Shown: positions 9,969 to 20,217 of the stretch, in pieces
How positions within the stretch are numbered: position 1 is the stretch's first letter
Layout of the letters: the number at the start of each line of letters is the position of its first letter
Assembly (NCBI GenBank): GCA_024276695.1
Contig: JAJRWR010000027.1
Span: 2,144-66,143, forward strand
Origin: an archaeon
GTDB taxonomy: Archaea; Thermoproteota; Nitrososphaeria; Nitrososphaerales; Nitrosopumilaceae
Direction: 5' to 3'
DNA length: 64,000 bases
Notes under the pieces: generated by a model
Database searches by the model: none
What the model saw: only the letters and a program-made list of their open reading frames with translations
What the model was told of the DNA's origin: nothing
Made by a program: the position numbers and the translations under genes

Positions 9969-12287
9969 TTAATCCAACAAATTATGCATTGATTTTAAAT
10001 CTTTTTTGAATGGTTTTAGAGATTCAGGAATTTCTATTTTGATTGAATCTTTTAATGAGAGATTTTGAGATTTTTTCTCATTCCATACTTTAGAATTAAA
10101 TTCTGAAATTTCTTTTGTAATGTTACTCTGATCCTCTATATTTTCAGACGTGACTTGTTTTTCTTTATGAATACTGTTTTTTGAATACAATTCTTTCCAA
10201 AGATATTCAGTGATGAATGGAGTGATTGGTGCTAATAATTTTAAAATTGTTGATAGTGTTTTATGGAGTGTAAAAATTGCACCATCTCTTTCTTCATCAG
10301 AAAATTCAATTCCATATGCTCGTGCTTTAACCATTTCAATATAGTGTGCAGCAAATACATTCCATGTAAATTCTCTAATTGCGATTGCTGGAATAAAAAA
10401 GTTGTATTCTTCATATCCTTCCTTACATTCTTTTACTAACTTGTTTAATTCTGCTAAAATCCATTTATCTGATGCAGCAAGTTTTCCTGATTCAATCACT
10501 GGAAAACTAGACAAAAATCTGGATACATTCCATAATTTACTAAGGAATTTTTTTGTTGATTCAATTTTTTGTTCATTGCATCTAAAATCATATCCATGAT
10601 TAATTTCACTTGCACTCCAAAATCTAAAAGTATCCGCACCTAATTTTTCAATTACGGGCAAAGGATCTATTGCATTTCCTTTACTTTTACTCATCTTCAT
10701 TCCTTTTTCATCTAGACCATAACCCATTATCCAAGCTTCAGACCATGGCTTTTTCCCAGTTATCTGCTCACATCTTAGAAGTGTGTAGTATAGCCATGTT
10801 CTAACAATATCTTTTGCTTGAGGTCTAATTGAAGCAGGATATACTTTTTTGAAAAATTCATCATCTCTATTGAATTTACTAATGAAAAGTGGAGATACAC
10901 TGGAATCCATCCATGTATCAAAAGTTCGTTCTTCTCCTACAAATTCAGTGAAATCACATTTAGTACAATTACTGATTGGGCATTTTTCTTCCCAAGGTCT
11001 GTAATATTTTCCAGGCTCTGGAACATGAGGCTGTGAACAATTTTTACAGTACCATATAGGAATTTCAGTACCATAGTATCTTCTCCTAGATATTGGCCAG
11101 TCAATATTGATAGATTCAAGCCAATTCATGAGAATCTGCTTATGCATTGATGGATGGAATGTGATTTCTTGGCCTAATTTTTTGATTTTTTCAACTGCTT
11201 CTTTTTGTTTTAGATAATATTCCTCCATTGGAATAATCTCAATTGGAGTTTTACTTCTCTCTGATAATGGGGTTCTGTGAATAATATCTTCAACTTTATC
11301 CAATAATCCATGTGTTTCCAAATCTTCTATGATTTTGGTTCTTGCTTGTTTTGGTTTTAATCCTGTATATTCTCCTGCAACTTCTGTCATTCTTCCGTCT
11401 AATCCAATTGCAACAATCTCTTCTAATTCCAATTCTCTAAATAATGCTACATCATTTTGATCACCATAACTACATACCATAACAGCTCCTGAACCAAATT
11501 CTTGTTTAGCAGAATGATGTGTTCTTAATTCTACTTCTGCATTGGTTATTGGAACAATTATCTTTTTTCCAATGTACTGTGAATACCTTTCATCTTCTGG
11601 ATTTACAATAATTGTTCTACATGCACAAAGCAATTCTGGTCTTGTACTTGCAATAATTATCTCCTGATCTGTGTCTTTGATTTTAAATTTCATATACACT
11701 AGTTTTGTGGATAAATCTTCATAGATTATTTCTGCATCCGCAATTGTTGTACCTGATACCCAATCATAATTGTTAGGTCTGTTTGCTAGATACACTTGTT
11801 CTTTTTTCCATAATTCGATGAATGTTGACTGTGTAAGTGTCCTGTATTCTTTTGAATCTGTTCTGTAATAGTTTACAAAATCACCACTAATCCCCAAACT
11901 CTTCATAATTAGAAGCATTTCAGATTCTAAATCATCTAGTGCATCTCTACATAGATTTAGAAATTCACCCCTCTCTGTTTCCCTCATTCTGATTTTGTGT
12001 TTTTTCTCAGTGTACAGTTCTACAGGAAGTCCATTTCTATCAATTCCTATTGGAAAATAGACATTTTTTCCAGCCATTCTTGCAGTACGTGCAATCATAT
12101 CGATCTGTGAATAATGTGCTGCTGCGCCTATGTGCCAGGGTCTGCCTGAAGGATATGGTGGAGGTGTATCTATCGTATAGTTGTCATCTTGTGGTATAAA
12201 CTCATAAATTTTATCTTCTTCCCACTGTTGAAGAATTTTATTCTCTAACTCTGGATTCCATGCTTTTTCTGAAATTTTAGGTTCCAT
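9969..12287 (-). CDS. valS: Valyl-tRNA synthetase
   Basis: IDTPPPYPSG..HIG (HIGH-like), TFDTWMDSS, RPQAKDIVRTW, KMSKSKGN. Confidence 0.95.
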   Translation of the reverse strand: MEPKISEKAWNPELENKILQQWEEDKIYEFIPQDDNYTIDTPPPYPSGRPWHIGAAAHYSQIDMIARTARMAGKNVYFPIGIDRNGLPVELYTEKKHKIRMRETERGEFLNLCRDALDDLESEMLLIMKSLGISGDFVNYYRTDSKEYRTLTQSTFIELWKKEQVYLANRPNNYDWVSGTTIADAEIIYEDLSTKLVYMKFKIKDTDQEIIIASTRPELLCACRTIIVNPEDERYSQYIGKKIIVPITNAEVELRTHHSAKQEFGSGAVMVCSYGDQNDVALFRELELEEIVAIGLDGRMTEVAGEYTGLKPKQARTKIIEDLETHGLLDKVEDIIHRTPLSERSKTPIEIIPMEEYYLKQKEAVEKIKKLGQEITFHPSMHKQILMNWLESINIDWPISRRRYYGTEIPIWYCKNCSQPHVPEPGKYYRPWEEKCPISNCTKCDFTEFVGEERTFDTWMDSSVSPLFISKFNRDDEFFKKVYPASIRPQAKDIVRTWLYYTLLRCEQITGKKPWSEAWIMGYGLDEKGMKMSKSKGNAIDPLPVIEKLGADTFRFWSASEINHGYDFRCNEQKIESTKKFLSKLWNVSRFLSSFPVIESGKLAASDKWILAELNKLVKECKEGYEEYNFFIPAIAIREFTWNVFAAHYIEMVKARAYGIEFSDEERDGAIFTLHKTLSTILKLLAPITPFITEYLWKELYSKNSIHKEKQVTSENIEDQSNITKEISEFNSKVWNEKKSQNLSLKDSIKIEIPESLKPFKKDLKSMHNLLD

Positions 12288-12294
12288 TTTCTAA

Positions 12295-13110
12295 CTATCT
12301 TTCTATGTTTGAAATAATGTGAGATCCTTTATTGTAACCTTCATAGATGTAAACACCTACTGCTTCTACATTTGATGGCATTTTTGGTACTAATAATTTG
12401 ATAATTTCACTTGAAAGATTCTCAACAGTAGCTTCTCCCTCCAAAAGATAAGTTGTATTTTTAGGAACTTGTAAATCGAACATACCTTTAGGTCCTTTAA
12501 ATTGAATTTGATAATGTGAATCATCTTCTTTTTGCAAATATTTTTTATTGATGAAGAATTTATGATCAAAGATATTTACAACTTCTTTGATAATTTTTTT
12601 TGCTTCTCCAAAATCTAAAAGAAGATTGTCTTTCATTTGTCCTACTAATTCTACCATCACTGATGATGTATGTCCGTGTAAGATTGAGCATTTTTCAACT
12701 AATGGAAGTATGTGTGCATAATCAAATGAGAATGACGCATCTTCTAAAAATATAGAACCTGTTTGCGGTGTTTTATCATAAAATACAATATCTTGTAGTT
12801 CTTTAATCTGTGCAACATATTTTGCATGTCCGATTGCCATTATCTTGTTTTCAGGAAAATCTTCTTTGACTTGTTTGTATTTTTCAATATCTTCATCAGT
12901 ATCAATAACCTCGATCAATCCTTTTTCTGTTTTGAAATCAACTGTCACTTCGGTTCCGTTCTTTAGGGCGACCTTGTGATTGCATTCATAATTCTGATCA
13001 AGAAATGTGAGCATTTGAGCTACTGTTAATTCTGTTCTTGTTTTGAGCAAATTCCCCTTTTTATCGACATATCTAAAATCTGAATCTAAAATTGTGGGAC
13101 TTGACGTCAT
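12295..13110 (-). CDS. queD: 6-carboxytetrahydropterin/PTPS (QueD-like) enzyme with extra N-terminal domain
   Basis: C-terminal half has CSILHGH, LLDFGEAK, DHKFFIN, TVENL. About 115 aa N-terminal extension. Confidence 0.85.
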   Translation of the reverse strand: MTSSPTILDSDFRYVDKKGNLLKTRTELTVAQMLTFLDQNYECNHKVALKNGTEVTVDFKTEKGLIEVIDTDEDIEKYKQVKEDFPENKIMAIGHAKYVAQIKELQDIVFYDKTPQTGSIFLEDASFSFDYAHILPLVEKCSILHGHTSSVMVELVGQMKDNLLLDFGEAKKIIKEVVNIFDHKFFINKKYLQKEDDSHYQIQFKGPKGMFDLQVPKNTTYLLEGEATVENLSSEIIKLLVPKMPSNVEAVGVYIYEGYNKGSHIISNIER

Positions 13111-13178
13111 GTGAAGTCAACTGACTATGGATATAATATAAATTCTGTAATGAACGTGCCTGAAATTCTTTAAAATCA

Positions 13179-13457
13179 CTATAATAGAGAATTTAGAATT
13201 TTGGCTAAGTTGACATCATTTTTTGTGATACCTCCAGCATCATGAGTTGTTAAATCAACTGTAATTTTGTTGTATACGTTAAACCACTCTGGATGATGAT
13301 TCATTTTTTCTATCTCCATAGCTGCTCTGGTCATAAAACCAAATGCCTGATTGAAACTATCGAATTGAAATCCCTTGTGTAGTTTTTCATTAACAATACT
13401 CCATCCTGAGAGATTCTTTAATTGCTCTTCAATGTCTAGTTGGGATAATCGTATCAT
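13179..13457 (-). CDS. Pterin-4-alpha-carbinolamine dehydratase
   Basis: [26 protein letters not shown] signature. Confidence 0.95.
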   Translation of the reverse strand: MIRLSQLDIEEQLKNLSGWSIVNEKLHKGFQFDSFNQAFGFMTRAAMEIEKMNHHPEWFNVYNKITVDLTTHDAGGITKNDVNLAKILNSLL

Positions 13458-13519
13458 ACTATTTTATATTTAATGTTAAATTAAAAGATTGATTCATTAC
13501 CATTTATGGGATATGTGAA

Positions 13520-14281
13520 GTGAAAATGGAGGAAATGAACAAAAAATTACTTGAGAATATTAAAAATTCTATTTCTGAAACTGTCAAAGTAAAGAAAATT
13601 GGAATCGCTTTTTCTGGCGGTGTTGATAGTACATTAATTTCAAAAATTTGCTCAGATATGGATTTTGATGTCACACTACTTACAATTGGTTTTTCAGAAT
13701 CCCATGACATTTTACTTGCAAAGCATGTTAATGAATTTCTAAAATATCCTCATCATGTTTTAGAAATTGATTCAGATACATTTACATCCATTTCTTCAAA
13801 AATCAATCAAACAATAAAAACTGATAATCTATCTTGGAATGAAAATTGTATCGCTTTTTATTATGTTTCAAAACTTGCAAACTCTTTAGATCTTGATACT
13901 GTAATCACTGCAAATGGAATAGATGAATTGTTTTGTGGATATAATGCATACCGAGAAGCATTTTCTGGTGGAGAATCAAAAATCAATGAAGTAATGATTA
14001 CTAAATTAAATAACGAACTAAAAATGATGACGGCAGTCAATCTAGTTGCATCTAAATTTGGAGTAAAAATACTCCAGCCATTACTCTCAGAAAAATTCAT
14101 TGAATATGCAAAAACTGTTCCTATATCTGAAAAAATTCATGATTCAGATGATCTATATCGCAAGCACATTATTCGTAAATTAGCCAGCGAAGTTGGTGTC
14201 CCGGATCTTTCTTGTACAAAACGAAAAAAGGCATTACAATACGGGACTAAAATTCACAAGTCTTTACTGAAAACTAGATAA
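13520..14281 (+). CDS. Asparagine-synthase-type PP-loop ATPase (synthetase domain only)
   Basis: AFSGGVDS, ANGIDELFCGY, KHIIRKLA, KKALQYG; no glutaminase domain. Confidence 0.85.
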   Translation: MKMEEMNKKLLENIKNSISETVKVKKIGIAFSGGVDSTLISKICSDMDFDVTLLTIGFSESHDILLAKHVNEFLKYPHHVLEIDSDTFTSISSKINQTIKTDNLSWNENCIAFYYVSKLANSLDLDTVITANGIDELFCGYNAYREAFSGGESKINEVMITKLNNELKMMTAVNLVASKFGVKILQPLLSEKFIEYAKTVPISEKIHDSDDLYRKHIIRKLASEVGVPDLSCTKRKKALQYGTKIHKSLLKTR

Positions 14282-15635
14282 ATTTCTGAACTGTTTTCTT
14301 TACTGATTTCTCTATATTACTGATGATTGTTGGTGATGCACCCAAATGTTTCTCTGGTGAGAATATTGCATCAATTTCTTTGTCAGTTAGCTTTGTGGAA
14401 AATGCCTTGTCGTTTTTGATTGCATCCTTGTAAAGCATCCCTTTGTCATTTGCCTCAAATGCAACTCTCTGAACATCTTTGTATGCAACAAATCTTGGAA
14501 TTCCTTTTTTGATTAATGCTTCTAAAACAAACTCTGCAAAGATTTGTCCCTTTGTAATGTATAGATTATCTACAATTCTTTTTTCATTCACCATCAAGTT
14601 TGAAACAATTCTGGTCATAGTTTCTAACATTTCATCAACTAGAATGGATACTGTTGGGATTACAAACCTTTCATTTGCTGAATTTGAAAGATCTCGCTCA
14701 TGCCATAATGGTATATTCTCAAATGCAACTGCGACTTGACTTCTAACTAATTTAGATAATGATGATACACGTTCACTCTTTATTGGATTTCTTTTTACTG
14801 GAACTGCACTACTTCCCATCTGACCTTTCTTGAATTGTTCTGCAACTTCACCAATTTCCGTTCTCTGCAAATTTCTAATCTCTATTGCAATTTTTTCTAG
14901 TGTTGCACCAATCAACGCCAACTCAAATACATATTCAGCATATCTTTCTCTGGGGACAACTTGTGTTGTAACTTCTGCTGGGAATAATTTTAATCGCTTT
15001 GCAACTCTTTTTTGCACTTCAAGTGATTTTGCACCCATTAGTGAGCCTGTACCAACAACTCCTAATGTCTTACAAATCAAAATTCTTTTCTTAATCTCTT
15101 CAATTCGCTCTACATGTTTTGCCATCTCTGCAGCCCAATTTGCAAATTTTAATCCAAATGAAATTATACTTGCATGTTGACCATGTGTTCTGCCAACTGC
15201 TGGAATTTTTGAATGCTTTACTGCTTTTTTTGAAAGTATTAATGCCATCTTTGCAACTTTGGGTTCAATAATTTGTAATGCATCTCTCATCTGCATTGAA
15301 TTACTAGTATCAACTAAATCATTACTCGTAAGACCATAATGTATCCAAGGTCTTGCATTTTTACTACATTTTTCACTAAGTGATTCTACTAGTGCCGCCG
15401 TATCGTGATCACTTTTTATCTCTAACTGCTTGATTCTTTTTGCAGTAATTTTTCCAGACATTGCAGCTCTATGAATTTCTTTACCGATGCTTTTTGAGAT
15501 CATTCCTATCTCGCTTTGGGAAATGGCAGCGACTCCTTCGATCTCTAACTGATAGTCTACTTTCTTTTGTTCACTAAAAATATCCATCATTTCTTTTGTG
15601 CCATAACGACCATTATCGATAGGTAGAATTGCCAA
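14274..15635 (-). CDS. purB: Adenylosuccinate lyase
   Basis: HYGLTSND, GRTHGQHA, GSSAVPVKRNPIKSE, LWHERDLSNS. Confidence 0.95.
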   Translation of the reverse strand: MAILPIDNGRYGTKEMMDIFSEQKKVDYQLEIEGVAAISQSEIGMISKSIGKEIHRAAMSGKITAKRIKQLEIKSDHDTAALVESLSEKCSKNARPWIHYGLTSNDLVDTSNSMQMRDALQIIEPKVAKMALILSKKAVKHSKIPAVGRTHGQHASIISFGLKFANWAAEMAKHVERIEEIKKRILICKTLGVVGTGSLMGAKSLEVQKRVAKRLKLFPAEVTTQVVPRERYAEYVFELALIGATLEKIAIEIRNLQRTEIGEVAEQFKKGQMGSSAVPVKRNPIKSERVSSLSKLVRSQVAVAFENIPLWHERDLSNSANERFVIPTVSILVDEMLETMTRIVSNLMVNEKRIVDNLYITKGQIFAEFVLEALIKKGIPRFVAYKDVQRVAFEANDKGMLYKDAIKNDKAFSTKLTDKEIDAIFSPEKHLGASPTIISNIEKSVKKTVQKFI

Positions 15636-15718
15636 TACTTCTAGTCGTTTTACATCGAAAATAAATCTACTTATGAAATCTATATTTCAATACGCTCAAA
15701 TTCACAATTTCTAGAAAA

Positions 15719-15829
15719 TTAATTCACTCTATCTCTTAATTGATGACAATCACAAAGACAACCTTTTTGACAATTCATTCGTTTGCAATCAGAACAAACA
15801 TTCTTTCTCCAATAGGGTGCAGTGTTCAT
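15719..15829 (-). CDS. Cys-rich 36-aa microprotein (not in ORF track)
   Basis: MNTAPYWRKNVCSDCKRMNCQKGCLCDCHQLRDRVN*; ATG lies 1 nt after the upstream TGA. Confidence 0.65.
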   Translation of the reverse strand: MNTAPYWRKNVCSDCKRMNCQKGCLCDCHQLRDRVN

Positions 15830-15830
15830 T

Positions 15831-16052
15831 TCAATACCTTTGTGTTGCCTTGAAGGTTCTTCTTTTCACTTGAAGAAGAATTTTAATCAAATACAATGTC
15901 CAAATTCCCATCAAAATAAAATACAAAATATTCACATTGGGCTCCTCTGGAATTTCTTTAGGTTCTTCCTCTACGGGTATATCAAATGGAGGCATGTATA
16001 CAATTCCAAGAAAGACAGGTATTGCTATTAGAACAATAATTGGTACTACCAT
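15831..16052 (-). CDS. Small two-TM membrane protein
   Basis: Two hydrophobic segments separated by an acidic P/E linker; starts 5 nt after the CBS gene stop. Confidence 0.7.
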   Translation of the reverse strand: MVVPIIVLIAIPVFLGIVYMPPFDIPVEEEPKEIPEEPNVNILYFILMGIWTLYLIKILLQVKRRTFKATQRY

Positions 16053-16057
16053 AATCT

Positions 16058-16519
16058 CTAATTATATGGACTGTAGTTTGTATAAATTTTTGCTACTGAA
16101 TGAAAATACATGTCTCTCATGTCTTCCTCTACTGATACTGCCAACAAATTTACAATATCTGTTGCAGTAATTATTCCTACCACATTTCCATCATCAATGA
16201 CTGGTAATTTTCTTATTTTCCTTTCATACATCAAATCTGCTGCAATCCTTACTGATTCATCAGAATTAATTGAGAATAGGGGTGATGACATTATTTGTTT
16301 TACAGGTTCTGTTATTTGATATGCATGGGCTGCCACTTTAACTGAAAGGTCTCTATCTGTGACAATTCCTACTGGGATATTGTTCTCCATTACGATAACT
16401 GCACCAACTCTTGCGTCCTCCATCATCTTTGCAGTCTCATTTATGGTCAATGTTGCATCCACAGAAATTACTGATTTTGTCATTACATCGCCAATATTGA
16501 TTGTTTTAGCATCTGTCAT
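16058..16519 (-). CDS. CBS domain pair protein
   Basis: GDVMTK...GAVIV..GIVTDRDL; IRKLPVID.G.VVGIITATDI. Confidence 0.93.
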   Translation of the reverse strand: MTDAKTINIGDVMTKSVISVDATLTINETAKMMEDARVGAVIVMENNIPVGIVTDRDLSVKVAAHAYQITEPVKQIMSSPLFSINSDESVRIAADLMYERKIRKLPVIDDGNVVGIITATDIVNLLAVSVEEDMRDMYFHSVAKIYTNYSPYN

Positions 16520-16634
16520 CTTACAAATAACCTAGACTAATTCTATATTTTATAGTCTGGCAGAATATCAAAACTGAAAATCATACAAGATAATCTCAAT
16601 CGACTTTAAATTAAAAAATTAATTTTATTCATTA

Positions 16635-17060
16635 ATGGTACTTCAAATTAAAAAAATTCTTGTACCTTTAGATGGATCTGTTAATTCCTTTAGAGGGCTG
16701 GATGTTGCAATTCAAATGGCAAGAGAATTACATGCTACTGTTACTGGTCTTTATGTGGCAGGAATTGTAAAGCCTAGGACAAATGATCCTATAACATCTT
16801 TAGAGAAAATTTTGTTGGAACATGTACAAAAAATCATGAAAAAAGCAAAACTAAAGGCTGCACAAAAAGGAATTGTGTTTTTTGATAGGGTGTCATATGG
16901 TGATGATGGAAAAATAATAGTTGAGGTTGCTGAAAAACACAACTTTGATCTTATTGTAATTGGTTCTAGAGGAATGGGTGCTGCAAAAGAACTCTTCTTA
17001 GGAAGTACATCAAACTATGTACTTCACAAATCAAGGAAACCTGTACTTGTTGTGAAATAA
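16635..17060 (+). CDS. Universal stress protein (UspA family)
   Basis: KKILVPLDGS, DLIVIGSRG.G...LFLGSTS.YVL...PVLVVK. Confidence 0.95.
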   Translation: MVLQIKKILVPLDGSVNSFRGLDVAIQMARELHATVTGLYVAGIVKPRTNDPITSLEKILLEHVQKIMKKAKLKAAQKGIVFFDRVSYGDDGKIIVEVAEKHNFDLIVIGSRGMGAAKELFLGSTSNYVLHKSRKPVLVVK

Positions 17061-17188
17061 CTTGGTATCTGCAAAAAATATAATATGTTTTATTTCCAAG
17101 AATAATTTCTCAAACTTAGTCTCAACTTTTGGTCATTAAACATTATTACATACTGTCATTGATGTAAGATAATTTTGAGAGAAAAACA

Positions 17189-17795
17189 ATGAAGAAAACT
17201 GAACAATGTCAAAGATGCAAAGTAATTTTTTCAGGTGATCTTAATCGTTGTCCTCAATGTAATTGGAAAAAAAGTAGACATGTGATACCTGATACTATAG
17301 AAGAAACTACTGATATAGAAGAAACTATAGATGTTAAAGACAAACGAAAAAAAAAATAAATCAAAAATATTAAAATTCAAAAAGGAAAAATCTTACCAAA
17401 CTAAAGCAAAAATAGTATATATTTTACCATTAATCTTTGGAATTTTCTTGATAGTTTTTGCAATAATTTTTGGTTCTGCTGTTTCATATTTGTTAATGAC
17501 TGGTGTAATGAACAGTTTGGGTGGAATTAGTGGAGCTGGAATTCCAATGCCGATAGACCTTGGACCAATAGATACAACAACAATGTCGTATATTGACACA
17601 ATTATTGGAATGAATTCATTTGGATTTCAATACACTGCAAGTGAAATTCAAGAATTGACTAGTAATTCAGCTGATGTAGTAATGACTGCTATGATGGATA
17701 TTCTTGGCGCAACTCTTTTGATCACACTCATTGAAATTGGAATATTCATTGTATTTATGAGCAGAAAAATGTACAAGCGAACTCTGATGCGCTAG
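17189..17795 (+). pseudogene. Zinc-ribbon + membrane protein split at an A10 run
   Basis: ORF 17189-17359 (CQRC...CPQC) stops immediately after A10 (17347-56). Removing one A joins it to the hydrophobic ORF ending at 17795. Confidence 0.6.
17297..17332 (+). repeat. Imperfect 21-bp-period duplication (ATAGAAGAAACTA x2)
   Basis: Encodes IEETTD-IEETID. Confidence 0.7.
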
Positions 17796-17860
17796 AATTA
17801 TCTGGTGAAACTAAGTAATTAAATTTTTTTTATGATAAAATCTAAATGTGTTTTCTATAT

Positions 17861-18049
17861 CTAACTTCTAGTTCGTTTCTTAACAGCTGCGATCTTTTTA
17901 GATGATCTAACTTCTTTTGTTTTTGAAGTTGATTTACTTACTTTACCTTCCGTTTTCATACTTTTGCCACTTCTTCTAGCTGCTCTAGAAGCTTTTGCTC
18001 TTATTACTTGTTCTTCTTTTTCTTTTTCTGTTAATTGTTTTCTTACCAC
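17861..18049 (-). CDS. Small basic (K/R/S-rich) hypothetical protein
   Basis: 62 aa, strongly basic composition. Confidence 0.6.
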   Translation of the reverse strand: MVRKQLTEKEKEEQVIRAKASRAARRSGKSMKTEGKVSKSTSKTKEVRSSKKIAAVKKRTRS

Positions 18050-18093
18050 AAATAATGAAGCGATTTAATCATAGATAAATTAGATCATTAATT

Positions 18094-18270
18094 TCATCTT
18101 TGGTAGTTATTTTGAAAATCCACTTTTATAATTCCTGCATCTTGTAAAACATACTTTAAGGCTCTGAAATAACCTTGTTTGAATTTTTTTATCAATTGTA
18201 CAACAGGATTTTTTCGGAATTCAACAAGTAATTGATTTGCTTTTTGTGTTATTGTTACTGTATCTAACAA
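18094..18270 (-). CDS. Possible 58-aa ORF (TTG start; not in track)
   Basis: LLDTVTITQKANQLLVEFRKNPVVQLIKKFKQGYFRALKYVLQDAGIIKVDFQNNYQR*; fills a gap divergent from rtcB. Confidence 0.4.
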   Translation of the reverse strand: MLDTVTITQKANQLLVEFRKNPVVQLIKKFKQGYFRALKYVLQDAGIIKVDFQNNYQR

Positions 18271-18358
18271 TTTTTTATGGAATTCTGTTTAATTTAAAAT
18301 TATTTTACAATTCTTCTGATGATTTAAATTGGATTGAAGAAAATTTTTACCCATACTC

Positions 18359-19807
18359 ATGTCTTCTACTGCCCCAAGAAAAATTGGAGAAAATCAATAC
18401 CAAATAGATGCTGATTCTAACCTTGAAATGAAAGTTCCTGTAAGAATTTATGCTGATGAACCACTAATGCAGAAAATGCTATCTGACAGAACAATAATGC
18501 AGGCACGAAATGTTGCTTCTATTCCTGGTATAGTTGGACACAGTGTTGTTTTACCTGATGGACATGAGGGATATGGTTTTCCTGTTGGTGGAGTAGCTGC
18601 AATGGATGCTGAAGAAGGAATGATTAGTCCTGGTGGTGTGGGATATGATATCAATTGTGGAGTTCGATTACTTCGTTCAAATTTAACAGAACAAACAGTT
18701 CGCTCAAAACTAAAAGAACTTGTAACTGATCTTTTTAGCTCTATTCCTTCGGGAGTTGGCTCAAAAGGTGCAGTCAAACTAACTCATTCAGAACTAGATG
18801 AAGTTTTAGTTAAAGGAGTTAATTGGGCAATTGATCATGGTTATGGTTCATCTGATGACGCTGATGTTTGTGAAGAAAATGGACAAATTCAGAATGCTGA
18901 TCCAAACAAAGTTTCTGATAAAGCAAGAAAAAGAGGTGCACCTCAACTCGGTAGTTTAGGCTCTGGAAATCATTTTCTTGAAGTTCAAAAAGTTGATGAA
19001 ATACACGATGAAGAAGCTGCAAAAAGGATGGGAATTGAAGAAGGAACAATCACGATTTTAATTCACTGTGGTTCTAGAGGATTCGGTCATCAAGTATGCA
19101 GTGATTATCTTAGAGTATCAGAACAAGCAATGGAAAAATATGATATCCATTTACCTGATAGAGAACTTGCATGTGTTCCAAATAATTCTGAAGAAGGAGA
19201 ATCTTATAGAAAAGCAATGTTTTCAGCATTAAATTTTGCATGGAGTAATAGACAAATGCTAACTCATTGGACTAGGAATTCGTTTCAACGTGTATTCAAT
19301 CAATCTGAATCTGATCTTGATATGAAATTGGTTTATGACGTTGCTCATAATATTGCCAAAATAGAAAAACATAAGGTTGATGGAAAAGATCGTAACTTGA
19401 TTGTTCACAGAAAAGGTGCAACAAGAGCATTTCCTGCAAATCGCAATGAAATTCCAACAAGATATCGAGATTTAGGTCAGCCTGTTTTGGTTCCTGGCTC
19501 TATGGGGACTGCAAGCTGGATTTTACTTGGGCAGCCAAATTCCATGAATTTGAGTTTTGGTTCTACTGCACATGGTGCTGGTAGAACTATGTCTAGATCC
19601 AAAGCTAGAAGAAACTTTACTGAAGATGATGTAAAAAAATCTCTTAATGATAAGGGTATTTTTATCAAAGCATTAACCCGAGATGGAGTTGTGGAAGAAA
19701 CCCCTCAAGCATACAAAGACGTTGATGCTGTAGTTAATGTATCTCATAATTTGGGAATTGCTACAAAAGTTGCAAAATTAGTACCTATTGGTGTGATAAA
19801 GGGTTGA
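18359..19807 (+). CDS. rtcB: tRNA-splicing ligase RtcB
   Basis: LPDGHEGYGFPVGG, GYDINCG, GSGNHF, HCGSRGFGHQ, HRKGAT, HGAGR. Confidence 0.97.
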   Translation: MSSTAPRKIGENQYQIDADSNLEMKVPVRIYADEPLMQKMLSDRTIMQARNVASIPGIVGHSVVLPDGHEGYGFPVGGVAAMDAEEGMISPGGVGYDINCGVRLLRSNLTEQTVRSKLKELVTDLFSSIPSGVGSKGAVKLTHSELDEVLVKGVNWAIDHGYGSSDDADVCEENGQIQNADPNKVSDKARKRGAPQLGSLGSGNHFLEVQKVDEIHDEEAAKRMGIEEGTITILIHCGSRGFGHQVCSDYLRVSEQAMEKYDIHLPDRELACVPNNSEEGESYRKAMFSALNFAWSNRQMLTHWTRNSFQRVFNQSESDLDMKLVYDVAHNIAKIEKHKVDGKDRNLIVHRKGATRAFPANRNEIPTRYRDLGQPVLVPGSMGTASWILLGQPNSMNLSFGSTAHGAGRTMSRSKARRNFTEDDVKKSLNDKGIFIKALTRDGVVEETPQAYKDVDAVVNVSHNLGIATKVAKLVPIGVIKG

Positions 19808-20217
19808 GCGAAGAAGATTCTGAACTTGAAAGATTAAAGGCAAAACGACTTGCCGAAATGCAGAAAAATATCTCTATAAAACAAGAAACCAAATCTGATT
19901 CAGAACCCAAAAAAGAAACAGTTTCAGCAAATCCCCGTGATTCTCTAATCAAAGTACTTGGATTTAGAGGAATAGAAGTTTTAGAAAATGCAGAATCACA
20001 ATTCCCTAATGAAGCTAAAATGATTGTAGAAAAATTATCTGAATTAATTAAAACAGGTGAAATCAATGAAAGCCTTGATGGAGGAAAATTATTGACGTTG
20101 TTTAGGTCAGTTGGGTTAAATGTTAGAATGAATACAAAAATCAATGTTAAACAAGATGGAAAATTTGTATCTCTAAGTGATAAACTTAGTAATCAATCAC
20201 GTAATGATGATGAATAA
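19804..20217 (+). CDS. PDCD5/TFAR19-like DNA-binding protein
   Basis: DSELERLKAKRLAEMQ N-terminus; helical core; 4-nt overlap with rtcB. Confidence 0.75.
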   Translation: MSEEDSELERLKAKRLAEMQKNISIKQETKSDSEPKKETVSANPRDSLIKVLGFRGIEVLENAESQFPNEAKMIVEKLSELIKTGEINESLDGGKLLTLFRSVGLNVRMNTKINVKQDGKFVSLSDKLSNQSRNDDE

